From Candidatus Saccharimonadota bacterium (GTDB lineage Bacteria; Patescibacteriota; Saccharimonadia; Saccharimonadales; Saccharimonadaceae): a stretch of DNA of 32,000 nucleotides. Shown here piece by piece: positions 21,636 to 29,835 of the stretch. The DNA lies in NCBI RefSeq assembly GCF_025273655.1, contig NZ_CP045921.1, positions 630,001 through 662,000 on the forward strand. The letters run 5' to 3'. The notes under the pieces are model-generated. The model saw only the letters and a program-made list of their open reading frames with translations. It made no database searches and had not been told where the DNA came from. Position numbers and translations under genes: made by a program. The stretch's first letter is position 1. Every line of letters starts with the position of its first letter.

Positions 21636-22569
21636 ACGGATTGTTGCGCTTAGTTAGTTCAGCCTTGAGCGCACTACATACAACCCCTACAGTCGTCTGA
21701 CTACTGTCTCCCACCTTCTCTGCTATCGTCTCCGACAGCATCACAGCGTATTTACGCAGGTAAAGTGCAGTAGAGTATGCATCAGTACCACTTGCAAAGT
21801 AGCGCTCACGTGCTTGCGCTAAAAAATCATCCGCACCATCACCCAAATGATACTGTGCCTGCTCGACGAGCATGTTATATTGTGCCGCTAAGAAACCTTG
21901 CTGCATTTCTAGCTTGCCGCGCACTCCCAGTGGGTCGGTAATCCAATTGGCAATACCCTTCTTTTCCAGCGCATCTTCACGCGCAAGCTCAGACAAATGC
22001 TCCAGCATCCTCTCGGTGCCATGCATGCCGATCTGCTGGATATCAAGGACACAAAGCGCAAGTGTGAGTGAATCCGGTGGCACTTCTGCAGAAATACTCT
22101 TTTGCTGAACAATGTAGCGGTATTCATTTGGCTCTACTACTGTCGCCATAATTGCATGATAGATGCGTAAGCAATCAGTCTCGGTATACCCTCGCGCTTC
22201 AGCTTCACGCATCGCGTAGAGCGCACTTTTTTGTTCGTTTTCGCCAGCCCCTTGCTCATCTTGAAATTTGTCGTGGAGTGATATAGCTACTAGTAGTAGC
22301 TCGTAGCTATGGCTGTCCAGTTTCAGCATATCGGCCACGCCTGGTGACGATTCGATCATCTCCCATAGATGCCCATCATTATGATACGAACGACGGTATT
22401 CGTAATTTTCTCCACCATACTCGTAGTGTGCTTCATCGAGAATATGAGTTACAAAAGCCTGGCCAATCGAACTAACGACACGCTGTGGGTACTGTTCGAG
22501 CAATGCAGTGAGCGTCTTAGAGTAACTACGTTGTGCCTCTACAGGAGACACACTGTGTTCACGTTTCAT
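21634..22569 (-). CDS. Hypothetical protein with HD-domain-like metal-binding residues (putative phosphohydrolase)
   Basis: SYHNDGHLWE ... VAISLHDKF ... ENEQKSALYA fits the H...HD...D spacing of the HD superfamily, but the assignment is weak. The start is taken as ATG 22569 (MKREHSV) rather than the track's TTG 22608, which abuts the dnaE stop. Confidence 0.45.
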   Translation of the reverse strand: MKREHSVSPVEAQRSYSKTLTALLEQYPQRVVSSIGQAFVTHILDEAHYEYGGENYEYRRSYHNDGHLWEMIESSPGVADMLKLDSHSYELLLVAISLHDKFQDEQGAGENEQKSALYAMREAEARGYTETDCLRIYHAIMATVVEPNEYRYIVQQKSISAEVPPDSLTLALCVLDIQQIGMHGTERMLEHLSELAREDALEKKGIANWITDPLGVRGKLEMQQGFLAAQYNMLVEQAQYHLGDGADDFLAQARERYFASGTDAYSTALYLRKYAVMLSETIAEKVGDSSQTTVGVVCSALKAELTKRNNP

Positions 22570-22576
22570 ATATATA

Positions 22577-22585
22577 TTTATAACA
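22577..22585 (-). promoter_or_regulatory. Extended -10 (TGT-TATAAA) 7 nt upstream of the HD-like gene's ATG; a leaderless mRNA is implied
   Basis: The minus strand reads TGTTATAAA-TATATAT-ATG(22569). A TTGACA lies at 22603-22608 but with a 20-nt spacer. Confidence 0.45.
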
Positions 22586-22608
22586 CCACAGTTGGTATAT
22601 AATGTCAA

Positions 22609-25600
22609 TTACTTGAGTACGACAGCATCTTCGCCGAGTGCTTTGACAAGCTTACCCATCAGTGCACCGTGTTCATCTACTTTGAACGGCAGCCGAATAG
22701 CTGACTTCTTGGCGTCGCCCAGCACCAGCACTACCTCGGCCGTACCCGGATGATCTTTGCAGAGAGTTTTGAGTGCCATGAGCGCATCGTGATCGTCGGG
22801 GTTTTTGATGTTGATGTAGAGTTTTTGCGTAGGAAGCGCGACGGGTGGCGCAGCAACAACTGCCGGTGCGGCCTCGGCCTTTTTGGCGTCATCTTTGCTC
22901 GGCTTGGGTGGTAAGACTCCACCATTCTTGTACGCCATACGCCGCTCTTTTTTCACCGTACCACTTACTTTTGGCCCATCAAGCTTGCGACCAGTCGACT
23001 GATATTCGCGAAGGTCTTTGTCGGAGATCACTTCTACTTCGTCGGCGATGAGTTTACTTTCGCTCCCCAAATTGCCGTCACGATCACGCGCCGAGTTTTT
23101 GCCGCTAATACGCACGACGGCATCTTGTTCCAACTTGGCACCGACCTGTTCAAACAGGTTCGGAAACACTATAATTTCACCCTCACCAAACTTATCTTCT
23201 AGGCCCACGAACGCCATCTTAGTACCACTTTTGGTCACAATAGTACGGACGGTACTCACAATACCGCCCACGGTCATGGCGCGGCTATCATACTCCGGCA
23301 CCAGCATTGTTAGCGGCTGCGTCTGCTCTTCTAGATATGTCGCATAAGCATCAAGCGGATGGCTGGAGATATACAGGCCAAGCAGTTCACGCTCCCACAT
23401 CAGACGCTCTTTGTCGGTGTGTTTGGCGGGTGCAGTCATGAGATTCATGGTCGGCTGCACTTCGGCGCCCGCATCGCCCATGAGGCCAAATAGGTCAGTC
23501 TGACCGCTCGCCGCTTCTTTCTGTAGCTTACTAGCAAATGCAGTGATTGTGTCGAGATTGTAGAGCAAGTAGGAACGATCACCGAAGGCATCAAATCCAC
23601 CAGCTTTGATGAGCGACTCCCAGGCTTTGCGATTAAATTTGCTCGTACTAACGCGCCGCGCGAAATCTTCGATACTTTGGAATTTCCCACCAGCTTCACG
23701 GGCACGGATCACCTCTTCCACGGCTGCCACACCTACGCCTTTCACTGCCGCCATACCGAAACGGATCTGTTGCTTATCTGGCACCACGGCAAACTCTACG
23801 AACGACTCGTTGACATCTGGGTTAAGCACCGAAATTCCCATGTGCTTACACTCTGTAATTTCAATCGCCAAGCGATCAGTGTCGTCTTGATCGCTCGTCA
23901 TGAGAGCCGCCATGAATGCGTCTGGATAGTGCGCCTTGAGATATGCTGTCCAGTACGAGATGAGGCCATAGCAGGCAGCGTGTGATTTGTTGAAACAGTA
24001 GTTGGCAAACTCTTCAAGCTGAGCCCAGAATGTCTCAGCTACTTCCTTAGTCGCCCCGCCGTGCTTGATCGCACCGTCGACGAATTCAACTTTCACTTTG
24101 CGCATCAGATCAATCTTTTTCTTACCCACAGCCTTGCGAAGTGTATCAGCCTGCCCCCCGGTAAATCCGCACCATTCCTTACTGATCTGCATGAATTGCT
24201 CTTGGTAAACTAGGATACCGTAGGTGTTTTTAAGTGAGCTCTCCATGCCAGGATGCAAATAGGTAATCTCTTCTTGGCCATGTTTGCGGCGGATAAAACT
24301 GTCGATAAACTGCATCGGCCCCGGGCGATATAGCGCAACCATGGCGATAATGTCTTCAAACGCTGTCGGCTTGAGACCACGCAAATAGCGCTTCATGCCG
24401 GCAGACTCAAGCTGGAACACCCCGGTGGTGTCGCCACGCTGAAACAGTTCATATGTCTTGGCGTCGTCGAGCGGTAAATGAGCCAGATCAATTTCGGTTT
24501 TGTAGACTTTACGGATGATACGGAGGGCATTGTTAATAATTGTGAGGTTAGATAGACCGAGGAAGTCCATCTTGAGAAGCCCAAGTTCCTCGACTGGCCC
24601 CATTGGGAACTGCGTCGCCACCACGCCTTTTTGTGCCATCTCAAGCGGAACATAGTTCACTACCGCCTCTGGCGCGATCACTACTCCCGCCGCATGTACA
24701 CCGTGTGAACGCATCGTACCCTCCAGACGGATCGCGAAGTCGAACACTTGCTTGGCCGTAGGATTTGTTTCGTATTCTTTCTTTAGATCGACATCGTCTA
24801 CGACACTTTTTGCCAAGGGAATATGCCTCCCTTGTTCTGGCGGCGGAATGAGCTTGGCCAGGCGATCACTTTCGCCATATGGTACCTGCAGTACACGTGC
24901 TACATCACGCACGGCCGCGCGAGCCGCCATGGTGCCGAACGTCCCAATGTTGGTCACTCGGTCATGGCCGTATTTCTGAGCACAGTATTCGATCACCTCG
25001 CCGCGACGGGTATCCTGGATGTCGATATCGATATCGGGCATAGAGACACGGTCGGGGTTGAGGAAGCGTTCAAACAGCAGGTCGTATTTGAGCGGGTCGA
25101 GATCGGTGATATTAAGGGCATAGGCAATGATAGAGCCAGCCGCCGAACCACGCCCTGGCCCAAAAATAATCCCTTGGTCTTTGCCCCAGTTGATAAAGTC
25201 TTGGACGATAAGGAAGTAACCATTGTAGCCCATTTTGTCGAGCACACCGAACTCCATATCAAGTCGTTCGATTTGCTCCGGCGACAGTATAGCGCGGATA
25301 TCCGCATTCTTCATGGCCAGGGCTTCATCGACTGTTTTGTTGCCATAGCGAACAGCCATACCGCGATAGACAAGCTGGTCGAGGTACTCCTTTTCGCCGA
25401 TGCCACCCGGGGTCGGAAACTTCGGAATCAGGATTTTACCAAGCTCAATCTCAACATGACAGCGATCGGCAATACGCTTTGTATTGGCCACCGCCTCTGG
25501 ATTAGTACGCTGCCAACGCTCGATAATCTCGGCCGGATCCGTCACGTGTAGCTCGAAATCTTTCAGACTCATACGTTTTTCGTCGCTCAGGTAGGCGCCT

Positions 25601-26346
25601 GTGCCGACGCAGAGTAGTATCTCATGCGCTTCTGAGTCACTGTGGTCTAGGTAGTGTCCGTCACTAGTGACTACACATGGAATATCAAGCTCCTCACTGA
25701 GGCGCTCCAAATGCTTGTTGATACCGACTTGCACATCCCATTTGGCAGGACATTCCGGATGGCCGTGATCTTGCAGTTCCAGATAATAACGGTCACCGAA
25801 AACAGATTTATACCAGCTGGCAATCTTCTTAGCTTCTTCATAATTGTCCACTCGGAGCTGCTCGCCCAGCTCACCACTGGCACAAGCACTCAACACGATC
25901 AATCCTTCGTTATACCGCTCCAGCAGCTCGTGATCGATCCTAGGCTTATAATACATACCTTCCAGATTTGCCTGACTAGAAAGTTTCATGAGGTTTTGAT
26001 AGCCCGTGTTGTTCATCGCCAGGATGATGAGGTGATACCGCGCCTTGTCTTTCTGTGGATCGCGATCATGTCGTGAGCGAGCCGCCACGTAGGCTTCCAT
26101 ACCGAGAATTGGCTTGACACCACCAGCCGTGGCTGTTTTGTAGAAATCGATACAGCCGCTCATAGTGCCGTGGTCGGTGATAGCCACGGCTTCCATGCCG
26201 AGATCTTTCACACGATCTACAAGTGCTGGAATTTTCGTCAGGCCATCGAGCAAGCTGTGATGTGTGTGATTGTGCAGATGCACGTAATCACTGGGCTTCA
26301 GTACGCCCTTAACAGAGGTTTTTGTGCTCTCTTCTACCGCTCCCAT
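22609..26346 (-). CDS. dnaE: DNA polymerase III alpha subunit (DnaE)
   Basis: PHP domain YVHLHNHTHHSLLDG, palm/fingers blocks GPGRGSAAGS, PDIDIDI and LYRPGPM, an HhH and OB fold, and a C-terminal tau-binding-like domain preceded by a Lys/Ala/Pro-rich linker. 1245 aa. Confidence 0.97.
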   Translation of the reverse strand: MGAVEESTKTSVKGVLKPSDYVHLHNHTHHSLLDGLTKIPALVDRVKDLGMEAVAITDHGTMSGCIDFYKTATAGGVKPILGMEAYVAARSRHDRDPQKDKARYHLIILAMNNTGYQNLMKLSSQANLEGMYYKPRIDHELLERYNEGLIVLSACASGELGEQLRVDNYEEAKKIASWYKSVFGDRYYLELQDHGHPECPAKWDVQVGINKHLERLSEELDIPCVVTSDGHYLDHSDSEAHEILLCVGTGAYLSDEKRMSLKDFELHVTDPAEIIERWQRTNPEAVANTKRIADRCHVEIELGKILIPKFPTPGGIGEKEYLDQLVYRGMAVRYGNKTVDEALAMKNADIRAILSPEQIERLDMEFGVLDKMGYNGYFLIVQDFINWGKDQGIIFGPGRGSAAGSIIAYALNITDLDPLKYDLLFERFLNPDRVSMPDIDIDIQDTRRGEVIEYCAQKYGHDRVTNIGTFGTMAARAAVRDVARVLQVPYGESDRLAKLIPPPEQGRHIPLAKSVVDDVDLKKEYETNPTAKQVFDFAIRLEGTMRSHGVHAAGVVIAPEAVVNYVPLEMAQKGVVATQFPMGPVEELGLLKMDFLGLSNLTIINNALRIIRKVYKTEIDLAHLPLDDAKTYELFQRGDTTGVFQLESAGMKRYLRGLKPTAFEDIIAMVALYRPGPMQFIDSFIRRKHGQEEITYLHPGMESSLKNTYGILVYQEQFMQISKEWCGFTGGQADTLRKAVGKKKIDLMRKVKVEFVDGAIKHGGATKEVAETFWAQLEEFANYCFNKSHAACYGLISYWTAYLKAHYPDAFMAALMTSDQDDTDRLAIEITECKHMGISVLNPDVNESFVEFAVVPDKQQIRFGMAAVKGVGVAAVEEVIRAREAGGKFQSIEDFARRVSTSKFNRKAWESLIKAGGFDAFGDRSYLLYNLDTITAFASKLQKEAASGQTDLFGLMGDAGAEVQPTMNLMTAPAKHTDKERLMWERELLGLYISSHPLDAYATYLEEQTQPLTMLVPEYDSRAMTVGGIVSTVRTIVTKSGTKMAFVGLEDKFGEGEIIVFPNLFEQVGAKLEQDAVVRISGKNSARDRDGNLGSESKLIADEVEVISDKDLREYQSTGRKLDGPKVSGTVKKERRMAYKNGGVLPPKPSKDDAKKAEAAPAVVAAPPVALPTQKLYINIKNPDDHDALMALKTLCKDHPGTAEVVLVLGDAKKSAIRLPFKVDEHGALMGKLVKALGEDAVVLK

Positions 26347-26354
26347 GTGATTCT

Positions 26355-26363
26355 ATTGTACCA
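26355..26363 (-). promoter_or_regulatory. Extended -10 (TGG-TACAAT) 8 nt upstream of the dnaE ATG; a leaderless mRNA is implied
   Basis: The minus strand reads TGGTACAAT-AGAATCAC-ATG(26346). There is no SD. Confidence 0.5.
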
Positions 26364-26366
26364 TAG

Positions 26367-26396
26367 CAACAGCCCCGGCAATCACCAGGGCTGTTG
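26367..26396 (-). terminator. Stem-loop after the ytxH-like gene
   Basis: CAACAGCCC (26367-26375) pairs with GGGCTGTTG (26388-26396). There is no clear U-tract. It lies immediately upstream of the dnaE -10 element. Confidence 0.45.
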
Positions 26397-26420
26397 TAGT
26401 TTATGACGCAGAAGTGGTGT

Positions 26421-26708
26421 CTACTTCTCTTTGTTGACCTTCTTGACTTCATTCTGGAGTTCACGCGCTTTCTGCTCCGCGGTCTCACGAATCTCGCGGG
26501 CCTTTGCCTCGAGCTCACGAGCCTTGGTTTCGGCGTTAGCGCGCACGTCGTCTGCCGTATCAAATGCTTGGTCTTTAAGTTCCACAGCCTTACGCTTGAT
26601 ATCTTCGCGTGTTTCCTTGCCACTCTTAGGTGCGGTCAGCATGCCTGCGACGATACCTGAAACTGCACCGATGACTGCGCCGATTGCGAGTTTACTTCCT
26701 TTTGACAT
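26421..26708 (-). CDS. YtxH-domain protein (small membrane-associated general-stress-type protein)
   Basis: N-terminal glycine-zipper helix LAIGAVIGAVSGIVAGMLTAPKSGKETRE, followed by a charged coiled-coil tail, the YtxH pattern. SD GGAG lies upstream. Confidence 0.8.
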   Translation of the reverse strand: MSKGSKLAIGAVIGAVSGIVAGMLTAPKSGKETREDIKRKAVELKDQAFDTADDVRANAETKARELEAKAREIRETAEQKARELQNEVKKVNKEK

Positions 26709-26718
26709 AATCTGCTCC

Positions 26719-26964
26719 TTACTTCTTAGACTTTTTCTTGACTGCTTTACTGAGTATTCCTACAGCAGACAGAGGACTGGAGAAGCGCGACACATTACTG
26801 ACAGTCTTCTCGACCTGATTTGCTGTACGTTCAGCACTTTCGGTAACACGTTTGATCTGCTGAGTCACGCGTATGAGAAGTACCATGAGCACTACGGCGA
26901 GTACCAAAAACACAGCGAGTGTGATTGCGAGAATGATTACCAGTGCGCCAGCTGCTCCGTCCAT
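26719..26964 (-). CDS. DUF948-like small membrane protein
   Basis: 81 aa with one TM helix and then a helical segment (IRVTQQIKRVTESAERTANQVEKTV). The DUF948 + YtxH gene pair is a conserved neighbourhood in Gram-positive bacteria. Confidence 0.6.
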   Translation of the reverse strand: MDGAAGALVIILAITLAVFLVLAVVLMVLLIRVTQQIKRVTESAERTANQVEKTVSNVSRFSSPLSAVGILSKAVKKKSKK

Positions 26965-26997
26965 ACTGTCCTTTCTGTCTTATGTTTCAATTATGCG

Positions 26998-27873
26998 CTA
27001 CTTGAGCCGTTCACGCAAATACTCGGCAAGCTCAGGACCGAAATCGTCGCGTTCGAGTGCCAGGTCTACGACTGCTTTGATGTATTTGAGCTGATTTCCC
27101 GTATCATGCCAAATGCCATCGATAATACGACCATACACTGCGTCTTGCTGCGCAAGTTCGTTGATGCTGTCGGCCAGAGTAATTTCGCCGTTTTTGTCGG
27201 GCTTTTCGTCAGCAATGATAGGCAATATATCGGGTGTGAGCAAATAGCCTCCCACCGATGCGAGATTACTTGGCGTGTTGTCGGCACCCGGTTTCTCGAT
27301 CAACTCTGTTACCTGATACGCGCCGCCCGCTGCTTCGTCTTTGATCGCTGCCATGCCGTATTTGTCTGCATCTGCTTTATCGACTTCGATGAGCGAGATG
27401 ACTGATTTGCCAGTCGCTTCGTAGGCGTCAAGTAGTTGCTTGGCCCGGGGCACTTCGCTGCGGAAGAAATCGTCAGCAAAGAAGACAAAGAACGGCTCGT
27501 CGTCATCGATCAGATGCTGGGCGTTGAGCACAGGACGAGCATTGCCTTTTGGTGTGCCTTTTTGGCGGACATAGACGAAGTTGGCCAGTTCGGCCACAGC
27601 CTTGATCTCATCCGCCTTGTCGTCCTTACCCTTCTCACGCAGCTCTGCTTCGAGCTCATCGCTACGATCAAAATGATCTTCGATTGCACGCTTGGTACTA
27701 CCCGTCACCATGATAATTTCTGTCACGCCAGCTGCCACCGCTTCCTCGACAATCAGCTGGATCACTGGTCGATCAATAATCGGTAACATTTCCTTTGGCA
27801 TCGCCTTCGTCTGAGGCAAAAACCTCGTGCCAAGTCCGGCTGCACATATAATCGCTTTGGTCGGCTTCTTCAA
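26998..27873 (-). CDS. galU: UTP--glucose-1-phosphate uridylyltransferase
   Basis: KAIICAAGLGTRFLPQTKAMPKEMLPIIDRPVIQ is the GalU signature. It uses a TTG start at 27873, 5 nt after a strong SD GGAGGG. Confidence 0.92.
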   Translation of the reverse strand: MKKPTKAIICAAGLGTRFLPQTKAMPKEMLPIIDRPVIQLIVEEAVAAGVTEIIMVTGSTKRAIEDHFDRSDELEAELREKGKDDKADEIKAVAELANFVYVRQKGTPKGNARPVLNAQHLIDDDEPFFVFFADDFFRSEVPRAKQLLDAYEATGKSVISLIEVDKADADKYGMAAIKDEAAGGAYQVTELIEKPGADNTPSNLASVGGYLLTPDILPIIADEKPDKNGEITLADSINELAQQDAVYGRIIDGIWHDTGNQLKYIKAVVDLALERDDFGPELAEYLRERLK

Positions 27874-27917
27874 ACTATCCCTCCGTCGTATAATCTGTTA
27901 GTTTGTATACTTATACC

Positions 27918-27926
27918 ATTATAGCA
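27918..27926 (-). promoter_or_regulatory. Extended -10 (TGC-TATAAT), candidate galU promoter
   Basis: The minus strand reads TGCTATAAT, ~45 nt upstream of the galU start and ~30 nt after the gatB stop. Confidence 0.5.
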
Positions 27927-27953
27927 AGCCTACAAACCCTAGCCAGCACCTTG

Positions 27954-29411
27954 CTAGAGTCGTTCGCGGATGAGCTGCTGAGCGAGACCTGGATTCGCCT
28001 GGCCTTTAGACTTTTTCATCACCTGGCCTACCAGGTAGCCAATTGCCTTGTCGTTGCCTGCACGAACATCTGCCAGCGCTTTGGCACTCGCTGGATCGGC
28101 CAACACTTCTTCTACTACTGTAGCAATTGCGCCGGTATCACTGACCTGTAGCAGATTTCGCTCACGAGCGATATCTTCTGGCATCTTGCCTTTTGACTCG
28201 TCATCGAACAAATAAAGGAAGATCTCCTTAGCACCCGTTGAGCTGAGTTTATTATCCGCTACCATTTGTGATAGTTCAGACAGTCTATTGGGCCCAACAA
28301 GCCCAGACTGTACCTTGGCCACATCGATATCATCAGCAGAAGCAGAGGAAAACCAATTAACAACACGCTTGGTGATACCTGGCTCAAAGCTCTCATGAAT
28401 TGCGTCGATTGTCTCGGCAATGGGTGCATGCGCAAGAATAGTTGTCATGACGGAATTGTCGAGCTGCAGACTCTGCCAGTTGGCACGGTAGTCACTTGGA
28501 AGCTTCGGCATACCAGCCTGAATCTCGGCAACCTCTTCTGCCGTGAGCACAATCGGGGGTATGTCAGGATCGGGCATATAGCGGTAGTCTTGTGCATCTT
28601 CTTTGCTGCGCTGACTTACAGTTAGCTGCTTGTCATCGTCCCAACCGCGTGTCTCTTGTACGACTTTCTCACCGCGCTCCAGCAAGTCGACCTGACGATT
28701 AAACTCGTATTCGGCGGCGCGCTCGACGCTACGAAACGAATTGAGGTTTTTGACCTCGGCACGTTTGCCAAGCTCAGCGGCGCCTTTTGGTGCGACAGAT
28801 ATATTGACGTCAAACCGCATATTGCCGTGGTACAGATCGCCGTGTGTCACGCCCGCGTAGGTCATAAGACGATATAACTCGGTGGCATACGCACGCGCGC
28901 CAGCTGACGAGTGGATGTCCGGTTCAGACACAATTTCGATCAGCGGTGTACCTGCACGATTGAGATCCACTAGGCTATAGCCGTCGAAATGCGTCAGCTT
29001 ACCCGCATCTTCTTCCATATGGGCATGATGGATACGCACATCCACAGCGCTACCATCTTCGAGCGGAGCTTTGACTAGACCTGGACCGATAATCGGCTCA
29101 TACATCTGAGTCGTCTGATAGCCTTTTGGAAGATCTGGGTAGAAATAATGTTTGCGATCAAAGTGACTACGCAGTGCAATCTCACTCCCCAGTGCCTTAC
29201 CTGCTTTCACCGCCAGCTTCACCGCCTCCCAGTTGAGCACTGGCAACATGCCCGGCAGCCCGTAATCTAAGGGCACCACTTTACTGTTTGGCTCGGCATC
29301 GCGGGCATCATTGTCAGCTGTACTAAAAAGTTTCGTTTGAGTTGCTAGCTGAACATGGCATTCAATGCCAATTGTCATATCATATTTGTCGAGGATTGCT
29401 TGAGTCGCCAT
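27954..29411 (-). CDS. gatB: Asp/Glu-tRNA(Asn/Gln) amidotransferase subunit B
   Basis: YDMTIGIECHVQLATQTKLFS, the cradle domain, and a C-terminal YqeY-like tail (AIGYLVGQVMKKSKGQANP). The ATG lies 1 nt after the stop of the upstream membrane-protein gene. Confidence 0.97.
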   Translation of the reverse strand: MATQAILDKYDMTIGIECHVQLATQTKLFSTADNDARDAEPNSKVVPLDYGLPGMLPVLNWEAVKLAVKAGKALGSEIALRSHFDRKHYFYPDLPKGYQTTQMYEPIIGPGLVKAPLEDGSAVDVRIHHAHMEEDAGKLTHFDGYSLVDLNRAGTPLIEIVSEPDIHSSAGARAYATELYRLMTYAGVTHGDLYHGNMRFDVNISVAPKGAAELGKRAEVKNLNSFRSVERAAEYEFNRQVDLLERGEKVVQETRGWDDDKQLTVSQRSKEDAQDYRYMPDPDIPPIVLTAEEVAEIQAGMPKLPSDYRANWQSLQLDNSVMTTILAHAPIAETIDAIHESFEPGITKRVVNWFSSASADDIDVAKVQSGLVGPNRLSELSQMVADNKLSSTGAKEIFLYLFDDESKGKMPEDIARERNLLQVSDTGAIATVVEEVLADPASAKALADVRAGNDKAIGYLVGQVMKKSKGQANPGLAQQLIRERL

Positions 29412-29412
29412 A

Positions 29413-29835
29413 TTAGATTGCTCCTACGTCTTTGAGTGCTTGTTTAAAACTGGCCAGAGCTCGGCGAGCAGTGTCGTAACTCACTTGCACATCTGGTTCG
29501 TGTGCGATCTGGTTGCGCAGCTTGTGCGCCGACCAGACAGCATTGCGATTAGTCAGCTTGGGAGTCACACCCTTCAGTCGTTCACCCATAGTCTGCCCCT
29601 TGTACCCCGCTTCTTTGAGCGCATGATCCAGCAACTTGTCTCCGTTCAGTACCGAAAGATGATAGCTACTTGGTTGATCCTTTGCGAGCGAGCGTTCGAC
29701 GCTCAACCACTTACTACGATATTTCTCTTGGTTGAGTTTGTTACCGCCACGCGTATAGGTGATAATCACAAGCACCAGGCCCGCTACGATCAAAATAGCC
29801 GCAAAAAACGCAAGTAATCCAACGTTACTATCCAT
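29413..29835 (-). CDS. Small membrane-anchored protein (140 aa) with an RNxxAH (HEPN-like Rx4H) motif, embedded in the gatCAB operon
   Basis: One N-terminal TM helix (LLAFFAAILIVAGLVLVIITY), followed by basic residues that predict a cytoplasmic C-terminus. The helical domain ends in AVWSAHKLRNQIAHEPD (R107 codon 29515-29517, H112 codon 29500-29502). ATG 29835 overlaps the gatA stop by 8 nt (ATGGATAG). Confidence 0.65.
   Translation of the reverse strand: MDSNVGLLAFFAAILIVAGLVLVIITYTRGGNKLNQEKYRSKWLSVERSLAKDQPSSYHLSVLNGDKLLDHALKEAGYKGQTMGERLKGVTPKLTNRNAVWSAHKLRNQIAHEPDVQVSYDTARRALASFKQALKDVGAI

Noticed and set aside
22849-23020. The Lys/Ala/Pro-rich segment near the DnaE C-terminus as a possible insertion, intein or fused extra protein
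   Set aside because: It is a short low-complexity linker with no intein splicing blocks. It is followed by a domain that matches the normal C-terminal (tau-binding-like) end of DnaE, so this is a lineage-specific linker rather than a separate element.
26431-27405. 324-aa plus-strand ORF antisense to the ytxH-like, DUF948-like and galU genes
   Set aside because: It spans three well-supported minus-strand genes and their intergenic gaps. The translation has no recognisable motifs. It is a shadow ORF.
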